This document shows positions 9,133-18,935 of a stretch of DNA of 59,229 nucleotides, piece after piece. Each line of letters begins with the position of its first letter. Position 1 is the stretch's first letter. Source of the DNA: an uncultured Planctomycetales bacterium. Lineage in GTDB: Bacteria; Omnitrophota; Gorgyraeia; Gygaellales; Profunditerraquicolaceae. A model generated the notes under the pieces. It was given only the letters and a program-made list of their open reading frames with translations. It searched no databases and was not told the DNA's origin. The stretch lies in the NCBI GenBank assembly GCA_964488935.1, contig CAZAVF010000002.1, forward strand, positions 1 through 59,229, in the 5' to 3' direction. The translations under genes and the position numbers were made by a program.

Positions 9133-10281
9133 ATGATCAAAAAAAGCAGGCTGGTTTCCCTGTTGAGAAAGCTTATCTCCATAAATTCGGAGAATCCCGG
9201 CGGGAATGAATTCCGTATAGCCAGATTTGCCGGCGACTATCTTGCCAGGCTGGGGCTTAAGATACAGATATATGAGTTCAAAGAGAAACGCTCCAACCTG
9301 ATCGCCCTCCTGGAAGGGAAAGACCGCAGGCGCTCCCTGCTGCTGACGCCGCATCTTGATACCGTTCCGCGCGGCGGAAGCTGGACAAAGAAACCGTTCG
9401 CGGGCACCATAAGCAACGGCAGGCTTTACGGCCTGGGAGCGACGGACAGGAAAGGCGACCTCTCCGCGGCGATGGAGGCGATCACCAGTATTGTCGAGAG
9501 CGGCAGGAAACTCGATTACAATCTCATTCTGGCCGCCACGGCGGACGAAGAGACCGGGTCTCATTACGGCATCATACCCCTGCTGGAGAAACGTATTCTC
9601 AACCCTGACGCCGCCGTGGTCCTGGATTCGGACGATTTCAGCATCGTGGTGGCGCAGAAAGGGCTGATACATCTTACTGTGAGCATCCGGGGCAAGAGGG
9701 CCCACGGCGCTTATCCCTGGCTTGGCGACAGCGCCATAGACAGGGCGGCGGCGGTCATAAACGATATCAGGAGGCACCGTTTTCCGTCCCGGCCGCACGA
9801 ATACCTGCGCCCGCCGACGGTCAACGTGGGGACGATCCGCGGCGGTGACAAGGTCAACGTGGTGGCCGACCGGTGCGACTTCGAACTGGACATAAGGTTT
9901 TTGCCGGGGACCACGGCAGCCGGCATACTCTCGGAGCTCAAAAGCATATTGAAAAAGAACGCCGGCCGGCGTTATAAAATAGCCGTGCAGAGCCTGCAGC
10001 AGCCGTACAGCATCGGACTGGAGCATCCGCTGGTGGAGCATCTTCGGGCCGCGATGCGCATCCGCCGGGTAAGGCCGAATATCAGCGGATCGGAGGGGGC
10101 TACGGTCATCACCTTCTTCCAGGAACGGGGTATCCCGGCGGTCGCCACCGGATTCGGCTGCGAAGGATGCAACCACATCAGCGACGAGTACGTCAAAATA
10201 GATAATCTTTACAAGGGAGCCGGGATACTGGAAACATTCCTGAGGAACTACAGTTTTTCTTCTGCGAAAGACCTACGATAA
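9133..10281 (+). CDS. M20-family metallopeptidase (ArgE/DapE-like deacylase)
   Basis: 382 aa. LLLTPHLDTVP, YGLGATDRKG and ADEETGS motifs match the M20 metal ligands. Confidence 0.8.
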   Translation: MIKKSRLVSLLRKLISINSENPGGNEFRIARFAGDYLARLGLKIQIYEFKEKRSNLIALLEGKDRRRSLLLTPHLDTVPRGGSWTKKPFAGTISNGRLYGLGATDRKGDLSAAMEAITSIVESGRKLDYNLILAATADEETGSHYGIIPLLEKRILNPDAAVVLDSDDFSIVVAQKGLIHLTVSIRGKRAHGAYPWLGDSAIDRAAAVINDIRRHRFPSRPHEYLRPPTVNVGTIRGGDKVNVVADRCDFELDIRFLPGTTAAGILSELKSILKKNAGRRYKIAVQSLQQPYSIGLEHPLVEHLRAAMRIRRVRPNISGSEGATVITFFQERGIPAVATGFGCEGCNHISDEYVKIDNLYKGAGILETFLRNYSFSSAKDLR

Positions 10282-10291
10282 GGAGCAATTC

Positions 10292-11260
10292 ATGAAGAAC
10301 GAAGGCATAAAAATATACAGGAAGCCCCGGTTAAAGAACCCATTTCTGATACTTGCGTGGCCGGGGATGGGGGAGGTGGCGTTCAAGTCGGCATCTTATC
10401 TCATCGAGAAGCTGCGCGCGGAACCGCTGGCTTCGATAGACCCGGGCAAATCTTTTTATCTTACCGGATGCAGCGTCCAGGACGGCATCGTGTCATTGCC
10501 CGATCTGCCGGAGAGCAATTTCTACGTCTGGAAGAACAGGGCCGGACAGAACGATATCGTGATCTTTCTGGGGAGCGCCCAGCCCGATCTCGCGGGTGCG
10601 GAGGAATACGCCGGGAAGATAATACAGGTGGCCGGGCAGCTGAAGATAAAGACCGTCGTTAACCTGGCGGCGATCCCCCAGCCGATAGAGCACACGCAGC
10701 CTCCGGCGGTATGGTTCAGCGGCACTTCCGCTGCGGTGAACGCGGAACTGAAGAAATACAGCCTTAACCGGCTGAATGAAGGCCAGATCAGCGGGATGAA
10801 CGGGCTGTTTCTCGGCATAGCCAAACGCGCCGGTTTCGAAGGTTTTTGCCTGCTGGGGGAGATCCCGTTGTATACGATCCAGATAGAGAATCCGCGCGCC
10901 TCTTACGCCGTCCTGGAGGCCCTTTGCCGCATACTCAAGCTCGATATAGATCTTAACCCTTTGCTGGAACAGGCCCAGAGCATGGAAAGCGAGATAAACA
11001 AACTGATGGATTTTCTCAAATCGGGACCGCAGTCCAGCCCGATAGGGGAGGACGAGATAGAGAGGATAAAGAAAAGCCTCGGGCAGCTTACCCGGCTGCC
11101 TTCCTCGGTCAAAGAGAAGATAGAAAGGCTCTTTTCCCAGGTCAAGAGCGACATAAGCAAGGCGGCGGAATTGAAGCTGGAACTGGACAAGTGGAACGTT
11201 TATAAGGAATACGAAGACCGTTTCCTGGACCTGTTCAAGAAGAATGAGCAAAGCAACTAA
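10292..11260 (+). CDS. PAC2 (proteasome-assembly-chaperone-2-like) family protein
   Basis: The N-terminus LKNPFLILAWPGMGEVAFKSASYLIEKL matches the PAC2 pattern (P-x-l-i-x-g-x-p-G-x-G-x-v-a). The C-terminal tail is coiled-coil/acidic. Confidence 0.55.
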   Translation: MKNEGIKIYRKPRLKNPFLILAWPGMGEVAFKSASYLIEKLRAEPLASIDPGKSFYLTGCSVQDGIVSLPDLPESNFYVWKNRAGQNDIVIFLGSAQPDLAGAEEYAGKIIQVAGQLKIKTVVNLAAIPQPIEHTQPPAVWFSGTSAAVNAELKKYSLNRLNEGQISGMNGLFLGIAKRAGFEGFCLLGEIPLYTIQIENPRASYAVLEALCRILKLDIDLNPLLEQAQSMESEINKLMDFLKSGPQSSPIGEDEIERIKKSLGQLTRLPSSVKEKIERLFSQVKSDISKAAELKLELDKWNVYKEYEDRFLDLFKKNEQSN

Positions 11261-11999
11261 AGACCGCGGGTTCCAGCCGCGTTTTTACCGGGACTGGATG
11301 AGGACGGAAGGTCTGCATTCCGGGCGGGTGGCCGTGTGCGAGACGGATTTGCAGATAATCACCGATCTGCCGTTTGATTATGCTTATTGCCGCGCGGAGG
11401 TGGAGGCCTTACGCGGCGATATCCGCGCCTATATAGAGAAGGACGATCGTTTTCTGAAGAGCCTGGAGCCGTTGAAGGTCCCTTCTTCGGCTGCGCCGCT
11501 GGTGAGACGCATGGCATCCGCCGGCAGGAAAGCCGGGGTCGGTCCGATGGCCGCGGTAGCCGGGGCCGTCGCCGAAGCCGTCGGCCGCCGTCTGCTGGAT
11601 AAGGGGTGTCTGGAGGTGATCGTTGAGAACGGCGGGGACGTCTTCCTCGCGGGAAAGACCGCCAAACGCGTGGGGATATTCGCCGGAAACGACCTCCCCT
11701 GCTGGCGGGACCTGACGATCAGTATCCCTCCGGAGGATATGCCTTCGGGCGTATGCACGTCTTCCGGCATTTTCGGGCATTCTTTCAGTTTCGGCCGCGC
11801 CGACAGCGTGGTCATTATGTCTCCGGACGCCGCCCTGGCCGACGCGGCGGCCACCGCGGTCTGCAACCGCGTTTCCGCGGCGGAAGACATGCGGGAAGCT
11901 CTCTCTTTCGGGCGTTCGATCCGGGGGGTGTCCGGGATAGTCATTATCGTCGGCAATAAACTCGCTAGCTGGGGTAAGGTAGAATTCGTTTCCCGATAA
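11244..11999 (+). CDS. UPF0280 / ApbE-like family protein
   Basis: 251 aa. RFYRDW......V.V.ETDLQI N-terminus, and GPMAAVAGAVAEAVG as in the ApbE-related UPF0280 family. Recognised from memory only. Confidence 0.5.
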   Translation: MSKATKDRGFQPRFYRDWMRTEGLHSGRVAVCETDLQIITDLPFDYAYCRAEVEALRGDIRAYIEKDDRFLKSLEPLKVPSSAAPLVRRMASAGRKAGVGPMAAVAGAVAEAVGRRLLDKGCLEVIVENGGDVFLAGKTAKRVGIFAGNDLPCWRDLTISIPPEDMPSGVCTSSGIFGHSFSFGRADSVVIMSPDAALADAAATAVCNRVSAAEDMREALSFGRSIRGVSGIVIIVGNKLASWGKVEFVSR

Positions 12000-12003
12000 C
12001 CTT

Positions 12004-13173
12004 GTGGTCATGCCGACGCGCAATCTTTTATATGTCATAACCAAACTGGAACTGGGCGGGGCCCAGACCCAGTTGCTGTGTCTGGCCGGAGGGATAGACA
12101 AGCTGGAATTCAGTCCGCGGCTGGCCGCTTCTCCGGGAATTCTCAGCGGCGCTTTTTCTTCCCTTGAAGGGGTGATCCCGGAAAAGGTCCGGTTCCTTGT
12201 CAGGCCGGTGCATCCGTTGAAAGACCTCTGCGCGGTTTTCGAGCTGGCGTATTTGATGCGCCGGCGCGGGATCCAGATTGTCCATACCCACAGCTCGAAG
12301 GCGGGTATCATCGGGCGGCTGGCAGCGCGGCTGGCCGGCGTCAAGGTGATAATACATACCGTGCACGGCTGGAGTTTCAACGACCGGCAGCCGCTCCCGC
12401 TAAGGGGACTTTATGTTTTCTTTGAGCGGGTCTGCGCCGGGTTCAGCGACGCCATTATCGCGGTCTCGGAACATGACAGGCTGACCGGCCTGTCCCTCGG
12501 GATCGGCGGTCCGGACAGGTATGAATTGATCCGTTACGGCATAGATTTCAACCGTTATCCCCGGGGGGACAGGGAATATCTGCGGCGTTCTTTCGGCCTG
12601 GCGCCAGAAGATAAGGTCGTATGCATGGCGGGATGTTTCAAACCGCAGAAGGCCCCTCTTGATTTCATAAGGGCCGCCGCCTTCGTTTCCGCCCGCTGCC
12701 CTTCGTCCAGGTTCCTGCTGGCCGGCGACGGGATAATGCGTCCGGCTGTAGAACAGGCGGTGCGCGGATACGGGCTGCAGGGACGCGTTATCCTCGCAGG
12801 CTGGAGATACGACCTGCCGGAACTGCTGGCCGGGGCGGACGTTTTCGTCCTTACCTCTCTCTGGGAAGGGCTGCCGGTGTCTGCGCTCGAGGCCCTGAAA
12901 AGCGGAGTCCCCGTGATCGCCACCGACACCGGGGGCATAAAGGAAGCGGTCGTGGACGGGGTCAACGGTTATATCGTCCCGCGGAGCGACGCGCAGGCTA
13001 TGAGCCGCCGTATATGCTGCCTGCTGCAGGATGAGGCGTTAAGAATGAGGATGGCGGAGAACGCGGCGCGCAGCCTGGGCAACGAGTATTCCCTGCAGGA
13101 GATGCTTCTTAACACGCAGAATCTATACAGGGAGAAATCAAGGGAGAAAACGGGAGATGTCCCAATTCCTTAG
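12004..13173 (+). CDS. Glycosyltransferase family 4 (GT-B)
   Basis: ITKLELGGAQ N-terminus, HTHSSKAG, and a C-terminal E-G-x-P-x-x-x-x-E-A motif (WEGLPVSALEALKSGVPVIATDTGG). Confidence 0.85.
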   Translation: MVMPTRNLLYVITKLELGGAQTQLLCLAGGIDKLEFSPRLAASPGILSGAFSSLEGVIPEKVRFLVRPVHPLKDLCAVFELAYLMRRRGIQIVHTHSSKAGIIGRLAARLAGVKVIIHTVHGWSFNDRQPLPLRGLYVFFERVCAGFSDAIIAVSEHDRLTGLSLGIGGPDRYELIRYGIDFNRYPRGDREYLRRSFGLAPEDKVVCMAGCFKPQKAPLDFIRAAAFVSARCPSSRFLLAGDGIMRPAVEQAVRGYGLQGRVILAGWRYDLPELLAGADVFVLTSLWEGLPVSALEALKSGVPVIATDTGGIKEAVVDGVNGYIVPRSDAQAMSRRICCLLQDEALRMRMAENAARSLGNEYSLQEMLLNTQNLYREKSREKTGDVPIP

Positions 13174-14131
13174 GATGTCCGTCATTGCCGTCTCGGCGTT
13201 CGTCTGCTCGCGGGTACTGACCGCTTTTTATATACGCGCCGCCGGCAGGTTCTCGCATCCTTCCTCCTCCGGGATCCCTTCCGGCGCCGGGATCGTCTTC
13301 GGGGCATGTTCCCTGGCGGCCGCGTCTATTTTCAGTCCGGGCGGCGGGAATGCCTTCTTTCTGCCGGCTGTTTTTATACTATTGTCGGGTATACTGGACG
13401 ATATCTTCGAGTTCTCCGTGGCGGTCAAGATACTCGTCCAGACGGCGGCGGTGGCATTGCTGGTGCATAACGGTCTGTCTTTGGGAATACTGCCAGGCAA
13501 GGCGGACGCGGCCCTGACGTTCCTCTGGGTGCTCGGCATAACCAACGCCTTCAATTATCTGGACATCGTCGACGGACTGGCCGCTTCCCTGGGGATCATC
13601 TCTTCGCTCGCTTTCTTCATTCTTTTCGCCGCCTGCGGCGACCTTTCAAGGGCCGCCGTCTTCCTCTCTCTTTGCCTGGCGTTATCGGGTTTCTTCCTCA
13701 GCAATTATCCGCCTGCGAAAGTCTACATGGGAAATACCGGCAGTCATTTCATAGGCTTTATGCTGGCGCTCGCCCCGCTGCCGTCGGTTTGCGCTCCGGC
13801 TGCGGCGGGGGCAGGCGTTAACGTCCTGCCGGCGGCGGTCTTGATCGCCGGAGTGCCGGTTTTTGATACCGCTTTCGTGACGCTGCTGCGTTTTTGCCGG
13901 CGCCAGCCTCTTTTCAAGAAAAGCGGAGATCATCTTGCCCTGCGTCTTATCGGGCAGGGGGTCCCGTTGAACGGAATACTCAGGAAAATGACCGCGGCTT
14001 CGGCGTTTTTCTGTCTCTCCGGACTGCTGTTTTGTTATCCCCGGTTGAGGTTATTGTCCGCGGTAGTCGTGCTGCCGGCTTTGTTCATCTGCTTCCGGCT
14101 GGCCAGCGCTGCCGTGCAGAGCGGAAGATGA
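13157..14131 (+). CDS. Polyprenyl-phosphate sugar-1-phosphate transferase (MraY/WecA, glycosyltransferase 4 family)
   Basis: Multi-TM protein with LGITNAFNYLDIVDGLA (NxxNxxDGxDGLA motif). Confidence 0.8.
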   Translation: MSQFLRMSVIAVSAFVCSRVLTAFYIRAAGRFSHPSSSGIPSGAGIVFGACSLAAASIFSPGGGNAFFLPAVFILLSGILDDIFEFSVAVKILVQTAAVALLVHNGLSLGILPGKADAALTFLWVLGITNAFNYLDIVDGLAASLGIISSLAFFILFAACGDLSRAAVFLSLCLALSGFFLSNYPPAKVYMGNTGSHFIGFMLALAPLPSVCAPAAAGAGVNVLPAAVLIAGVPVFDTAFVTLLRFCRRQPLFKKSGDHLALRLIGQGVPLNGILRKMTAASAFFCLSGLLFCYPRLRLLSAVVVLPALFICFRLASAAVQSGR

Positions 14132-15426
14132 ACGGCAGAAAACGGGTGGTGGTCATCGGGGCAGGGCTGTCCGGGTTGAGCGCCGGTATCCGTCTTAAGG
14201 AAAGGGACGCCGATTTCGTCGTTCTGGAGCAGGAGAGCGAACCGGGCGGGCTTTGCCGGTCTAGGAAAAACGGCCGGTTCATTTTTGATTGCTCGGGACA
14301 CCTGCTGCATTTCCGGACCGCCGCCGGCTTCAGCATGGTGGACAGGATGCTCAAGGGCGGATTGGTGGAATTCTCCAGGGACGCCTCGGTCAGGTTGCGG
14401 GAATACGATATCCCGTATCCTTTCCAGGCCAATCTTTACGCGCTGCCGGAGAAATTGCGCCTTGAATGCGTGCGCGGCCTGCAACACCGCGGCCGGTCCG
14501 GCAGGGACCAGGATTTCGCTTCCTGGATCGCGGCAAAGTTCGGTCCCGGCATCGCGAGGCATTTTATGCTGCCGTACAACAGGAAGTTCTGGCGGTATCC
14601 TTTGAGCAGAATGACCTGCGGCTGGACGAAGTCTTTCGTTCCCGCGCCGTCCGCCGGGAGAATGCTTTCCGGCGCGCGCGGGAGGAACGGAGAATCCTTG
14701 GGATATAATGCCAGGTTCTGGTATCCGTCGGCGGGAAGGATAGATGTTCTGCCGCGCAGCATGGCGGAAACCTGCGGTAACATTCTTTACGGCCGCAGGG
14801 TCGTGCGTATAGACGCCAAGCGCCGCGTAGTGCGCACCTCGCGGGGGGAGGAGTTCTCTTATCGCAGATTGATCTCCACTATGCCGATGCCGGACCTCGG
14901 CTCCGCATGCCCCGGTATGGGCAGGGAGGAAATGTCGTGTCTCCGGCGGCTGAGGTGGAATTCGCTGCTGGTATTCAGTTTCGGACTTTCGGAGAGGCCG
15001 GCTCCTTCCAGACATTGGATTTATTTCCCGGGGAAGGAATTCGTTTTCTACCGCGTCTGCTTCCCTCACAATTTTTCTCCCTCCGCCGCTCCGGAAGGAC
15101 AGGGGAGTCTTTACGCGGAAGTGTCCTTTCCCCCGGGAAAGAGACCCGGGGGGAAGCGGTTGAAGAGGGAAATACTTTCGGGTTTACGCAGGGCCGGCAT
15201 CGTCTCCGGAAAGGCGCGGGTCTGCGCGGAGGACGTCCTGGAGATAAAATACGCCTATCCAGTTTACGACCGGGAATATGCCGCGTCGCGCAGGCGTATA
15301 GTCTCAAGTTTTCTTTCCGGCGGAGCGGTTTTGTGCGGGAGATACGGTAACTGGCGTTATTTTTCCATGGAGGACGCGATCCTGGACGGGATATCGGCTG
15401 CGGAAAGAGCGGTGGAGAATGCGTAG
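14128..15426 (+). CDS. FAD/NAD(P)-binding oxidoreductase (amine-oxidase / UDP-galactopyranose-mutase superfamily)
   Basis: Rossmann motif VVVIGAGLSGLSAG...VVLEQESEPGGLCRS. The start was moved to the ATG at 14128 (ATGA overlap with the upstream stop). Confidence 0.7.
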   Translation: MNGRKRVVVIGAGLSGLSAGIRLKERDADFVVLEQESEPGGLCRSRKNGRFIFDCSGHLLHFRTAAGFSMVDRMLKGGLVEFSRDASVRLREYDIPYPFQANLYALPEKLRLECVRGLQHRGRSGRDQDFASWIAAKFGPGIARHFMLPYNRKFWRYPLSRMTCGWTKSFVPAPSAGRMLSGARGRNGESLGYNARFWYPSAGRIDVLPRSMAETCGNILYGRRVVRIDAKRRVVRTSRGEEFSYRRLISTMPMPDLGSACPGMGREEMSCLRRLRWNSLLVFSFGLSERPAPSRHWIYFPGKEFVFYRVCFPHNFSPSAAPEGQGSLYAEVSFPPGKRPGGKRLKREILSGLRRAGIVSGKARVCAEDVLEIKYAYPVYDREYAASRRRIVSSFLSGGAVLCGRYGNWRYFSMEDAILDGISAAERAVENA

Positions 15427-16195
15427 TTCATTCAGACTTATCTGGGATAACCGGGGGATATTGCGCAGCATCGCGCTTTCGCAGCTGCGCGCCAAATACG
15501 CGGGAACGGCGCTGGGCGCGGCATGGGGCGTCCTGAATCCGATCGCCGTCACCCTGGCCATAATCTTCGCCTTCTCCGCGGTGCTGAAGATAAACATGGA
15601 AAAGTTCCCGCTTTTCGTCCTCGCCGGGTTTTTCCCGTGGAATTTCTTTTCTTCTTCCGTGAGCGAAGCCTCGCGCTCCCTGCTGGAAAGAAAGGATATC
15701 ATGCGGCAGCTGGATTTTCCCAGGGCGGCGGTGCCGCTGGCGTACGGACTGGCCGGATTCGCGGATTATCTCAGAGAATGGATATTCATTCTGCCGCTGT
15801 TCGCCGTATTCAACCCCAAGACGCTGTTATTTCTTCCCTGGCTGCCGGTGATCCTGTTCCTTCACCTGCTTTTTGTCTGCGGGATGTGTCTTTTAGTCGC
15901 GGCGGTCAACGTATATTGCCGCGATACGTCGCACCTGCTGAATCTGGGACTCATGTTCTGGTTCTGGATCACGCCGATATTCTATACATCGGACATGATC
16001 CCCGGCAGGTTTTACTGGATAATAGCCTTTAACCCGCTGGCGCAGTTCCTGGAGGCGTACCGGGCGGTCCTTTTCTCGGCGCACGCCCCGGCTGCGGGCG
16101 TGCTCGCCGCGTCGGCGGCGTGGTCCTGTCTCAGCGCCGCCGCCGGGATCGCGGTGTTCCGCGGGCTGGAAGGGGATATACTGAAGAGGCTGTAG
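15419..16195 (+). CDS. ABC-2 type polysaccharide/teichoic-acid exporter permease (Wzm/TagG-like)
   Basis: 258 aa, about 6 TM segments. The N-terminus LSQLRAKYAGTALGAAWGVLNP is typical of ABC-2 permeases. Immediately precedes the ATPase gene. Confidence 0.8.
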   Translation: MRSSFRLIWDNRGILRSIALSQLRAKYAGTALGAAWGVLNPIAVTLAIIFAFSAVLKINMEKFPLFVLAGFFPWNFFSSSVSEASRSLLERKDIMRQLDFPRAAVPLAYGLAGFADYLREWIFILPLFAVFNPKTLLFLPWLPVILFLHLLFVCGMCLLVAAVNVYCRDTSHLLNLGLMFWFWITPIFYTSDMIPGRFYWIIAFNPLAQFLEAYRAVLFSAHAPAAGVLAASAAWSCLSAAAGIAVFRGLEGDILKRL

Positions 16196-16205
16196 ACGGC
16201 GGGGA

Positions 16206-18935
16206 ATGATAAAGGGGGATGGCGGACGAATGAGTATCGTAAAGTTCAGCGACGTCTGGGAGATGTTCAGGATAAGGTTTTCCGGAGAAGGGCGTTCCTG
16301 CTGGGAGAACTACTGGGCGCTGCGAGGGATAACTTTCTCCGTCTCAGAGGGGGAGATCCTGGGCATCATGGGGGAGAACGGATCGGGAAAGACCACGATA
16401 CTCAAGCTTGCCGCCGGGATCCTCCGTCCGGACCGCGGCAGCGTGGAAGTGAAAGGAAAAGCCGCCGGTCTTCTTGAGCTCGGGGCGGGATTCCAGCCGG
16501 AACTTACCGGCAGGGAGAACGTTCTTATCTGCGCCGGCATGCACGGTTATTCCGGAGAGGCCGCCGCCAAAAAACTGGAAGAGGTGTCCGGTTTCGCCCG
16601 TATCGGAGATTTCATGAACGCCCCGGTGAAGAATTATTCGCAGGGCATGTTCGTCAGGCTCGCTTTTTCTTTCGCCGTCAGCCTGGAGCCGGACGTTCTC
16701 CTTATCGACGACAGTCTGGCCGTCGGGGACGCCGATTTCCAGAAAAGCTGTATCGAAAAGATACTGTTCCTGAAAGACTCCGGGCGCACCATAATTTTCG
16801 TCACGCACGATACGGGGCTGCTGAACAAGATCGCCACCCGCGCGCTGCTTTTGAAGAACGGCAGGATAATGGAGGATTCGCAGCCGGAGCGCGTCGGCGC
16901 CCTCTATGCACTTGTCTGCGGAAGCCGGGAAGGGAAGGCTTCCCTTGAACAGGGCAGACTTCAGATGGTGTTCAACAACGGTAGATTGTTCTTTTCCTGG
17001 AACGGACTGCAGGTGACTTCCGAGAAAGGCATTGCCGCGTATCTGCTCTGCTCCGGAGAATGGGCGTTTTCCTATTCCGGGGAATGGAAGATAACCGGCG
17101 GCGGCGGGAACAAGATAGAGGCGGAAGGGGTTTTCGCGGACAAAGGGCTGTCGTTGAAGTGGGTCGCCGAGATCCTGGATAACGGCGGCGGCGTCCAGTG
17201 GGACATATACGCGTATTCCGCCGAGGGAACGGCTCCTGTTTCCGACTGCCGGATGGAGCTTTGTTTCGACCGGGACTACAGCGAGTGGTTCACAAACGTT
17301 TCGCGGGGGAGATTGGGGGCGGTGTCCTCCGATCCGGAGACCGAACCCGTTTCCGACAGGATCCGTTACGCAGCGGTCAAACCGGAGGCGCGGGGAAAAG
17401 ACCGGGACGCCGCGCTGCCGGAGGTAGTGGTGGAGCCCCGCAGAGAGAGAGACGACCTGGACGCGGTGGAGATCCTGGACGGGAAGGAGAACTTCGGCAG
17501 GATGATGCTGCGGAGCGCCCACCCCCCGTTGTCCTCGGCCCCGAAATGGCGCTCTGCGGCGGCCTGTTTCTCCGGCAGGATATTTTTCCGCGGACAGCAG
17601 TCGCCGCCGCCGGTCCCGGAGGCCGAGGACGGCAAAGACCTTGTCTCCGGGGACAGCAGGTTCCTTTTCCGTAACGGAGAGTTGTTGATAATCAGCGCGG
17701 GCGTGCCGCTTACCTTTTCCCGGCATATATGCGCGGAGTTATACGGTGACAGACGTATATACGATTCCCGGGAGGCCGTCTGGAAAATCAGGAAGACGGG
17801 GCCGGACAGGATAGTGGCCTGCGGTTCCTGGCCGGGAACGCTGTTCCGGCAGCTCTGGGAAATCCTGCTGGCCGCGGACGGAACGCTGCGCCTGAAGATA
17901 TGGGCGGTATGCCGTTCCTCTTCCGTCTTCATCCGGAGCAGGCTGCAGGTCATGTGCCTGCCGGCATATTCGTCTTATTTCAGCTGTTTCGGCTCGGGAG
18001 AATTCCCTCCCAGGTTCTTCACCGAGGAGTACGACGTGCTGCAGAGATGCCTGCCATGCGGCGACCTGGGGGTCTGCGACAACGGCGGCAAACTCCCCAC
18101 CTTGTCGCTTTCGTTCGAGGGAGAGGAGAATAATTTCGCGAAGGTCCTGAATTCCGACCTTTTCAACCGCAGCCGCATATTGAGAGTGGAAAAAGTTGAA
18201 CCGGAGGATAAGACGCTGTTCCCTCCCGGCATGCACCGCTGTTTTTCCGTTTCCATCAGGGCTTTCCCCCCGGGAACAGACCTTTCTTCGGGGGCGGAAT
18301 TACATTCAGGCAAAGCCGGACTGTATTTTTCCGGCGGAAGATTCGCGCTTCTATACGAAGGTATGCCCCTGAGCGGAGACCTGGGGTTGTACGTTTCTTT
18401 CCGTTCCGGCGGGCGGTGGCATGATTCCGTTTCCAAGGCGGTATGGGAAATGGAGTATTGTAAAGATGGGAAGCTGGCCTGTTCCGCGCAATGGCGGCAT
18501 CTGCCGGTAAAACAGGCGTGGAGCATCGAAGCAAAAGGGAAGGGGAGGTTCGGCATACGTGTGGTCTTGATCGTTAGCGGGGACATCGTGCTGGAAAGAC
18601 AGCAGTTCAACCTGGCGCTCCGCGAGGCTTACAGCCTTTGGTCTCATCGTTCCGGCGGCGGCGGATTCGCTGCGTTCCTGCGGGATACCGGCGATGACTG
18701 GCAAACGGTGGCGACGGTGCCTCCCGGCGCGCAGCCGCTAAGCGCCTCCGGCAGGGAGAACGGCGTGCCGGACGTGGAGCTGTCCGTAGATGAAATAAAG
18801 GAAGGCTGGAAACTGGAAGCGGTCAATTCCGATCTCTGCTACCGTTCAAGGGTCCTGCGGTTGAGCAATTCCGGCAAGACCGCGCTTTCCCCCGGGGAAA
18901 CCGTGTTTTTTTCCGGAACACTGACGGTGGAATGA
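16206..18935 (+). CDS. ABC transporter ATP-binding protein (Wzt/TagH-like) with about 670-aa C-terminal extension made of three repeats
   Basis: Walker A GENGSGKTT, signature-like YSQGM, Walker B LLIDDSLAVGD in the first 240 aa or so. The rest is a three-fold internal repeat (see findings). The start could instead be the ATG at 16230. Confidence 0.85.
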   Translation: MIKGDGGRMSIVKFSDVWEMFRIRFSGEGRSCWENYWALRGITFSVSEGEILGIMGENGSGKTTILKLAAGILRPDRGSVEVKGKAAGLLELGAGFQPELTGRENVLICAGMHGYSGEAAAKKLEEVSGFARIGDFMNAPVKNYSQGMFVRLAFSFAVSLEPDVLLIDDSLAVGDADFQKSCIEKILFLKDSGRTIIFVTHDTGLLNKIATRALLLKNGRIMEDSQPERVGALYALVCGSREGKASLEQGRLQMVFNNGRLFFSWNGLQVTSEKGIAAYLLCSGEWAFSYSGEWKITGGGGNKIEAEGVFADKGLSLKWVAEILDNGGGVQWDIYAYSAEGTAPVSDCRMELCFDRDYSEWFTNVSRGRLGAVSSDPETEPVSDRIRYAAVKPEARGKDRDAALPEVVVEPRRERDDLDAVEILDGKENFGRMMLRSAHPPLSSAPKWRSAAACFSGRIFFRGQQSPPPVPEAEDGKDLVSGDSRFLFRNGELLIISAGVPLTFSRHICAELYGDRRIYDSREAVWKIRKTGPDRIVACGSWPGTLFRQLWEILLAADGTLRLKIWAVCRSSSVFIRSRLQVMCLPAYSSYFSCFGSGEFPPRFFTEEYDVLQRCLPCGDLGVCDNGGKLPTLSLSFEGEENNFAKVLNSDLFNRSRILRVEKVEPEDKTLFPPGMHRCFSVSIRAFPPGTDLSSGAELHSGKAGLYFSGGRFALLYEGMPLSGDLGLYVSFRSGGRWHDSVSKAVWEMEYCKDGKLACSAQWRHLPVKQAWSIEAKGKGRFGIRVVLIVSGDIVLERQQFNLALREAYSLWSHRSGGGGFAAFLRDTGDDWQTVATVPPGAQPLSASGRENGVPDVELSVDEIKEGWKLEAVNSDLCYRSRVLRLSNSGKTALSPGETVFFSGTLTVE

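Noticed and set aside
8867-9136. An 89-aa ORF overlapping the FmdB zinc-ribbon gene in another frame.
   Set aside because: The FmdB frame carries the diagnostic MPIYEYxCxxCG motif. The alternative frame has no motifs and is almost entirely contained within it.
13894-14127. N-terminal extensions offered by the ORF track. Affected starts are 13894, 25301, 27783, 48766, 52614, 57753, 8113, 38070 and 2377.
   Set aside because: Each extension overlaps the preceding gene in another frame and adds Arg/Gly-rich sequence ahead of the conserved N-terminus. Internal ATGs give ATGA-type coupling or a proper RBS, so the shorter starts were used.
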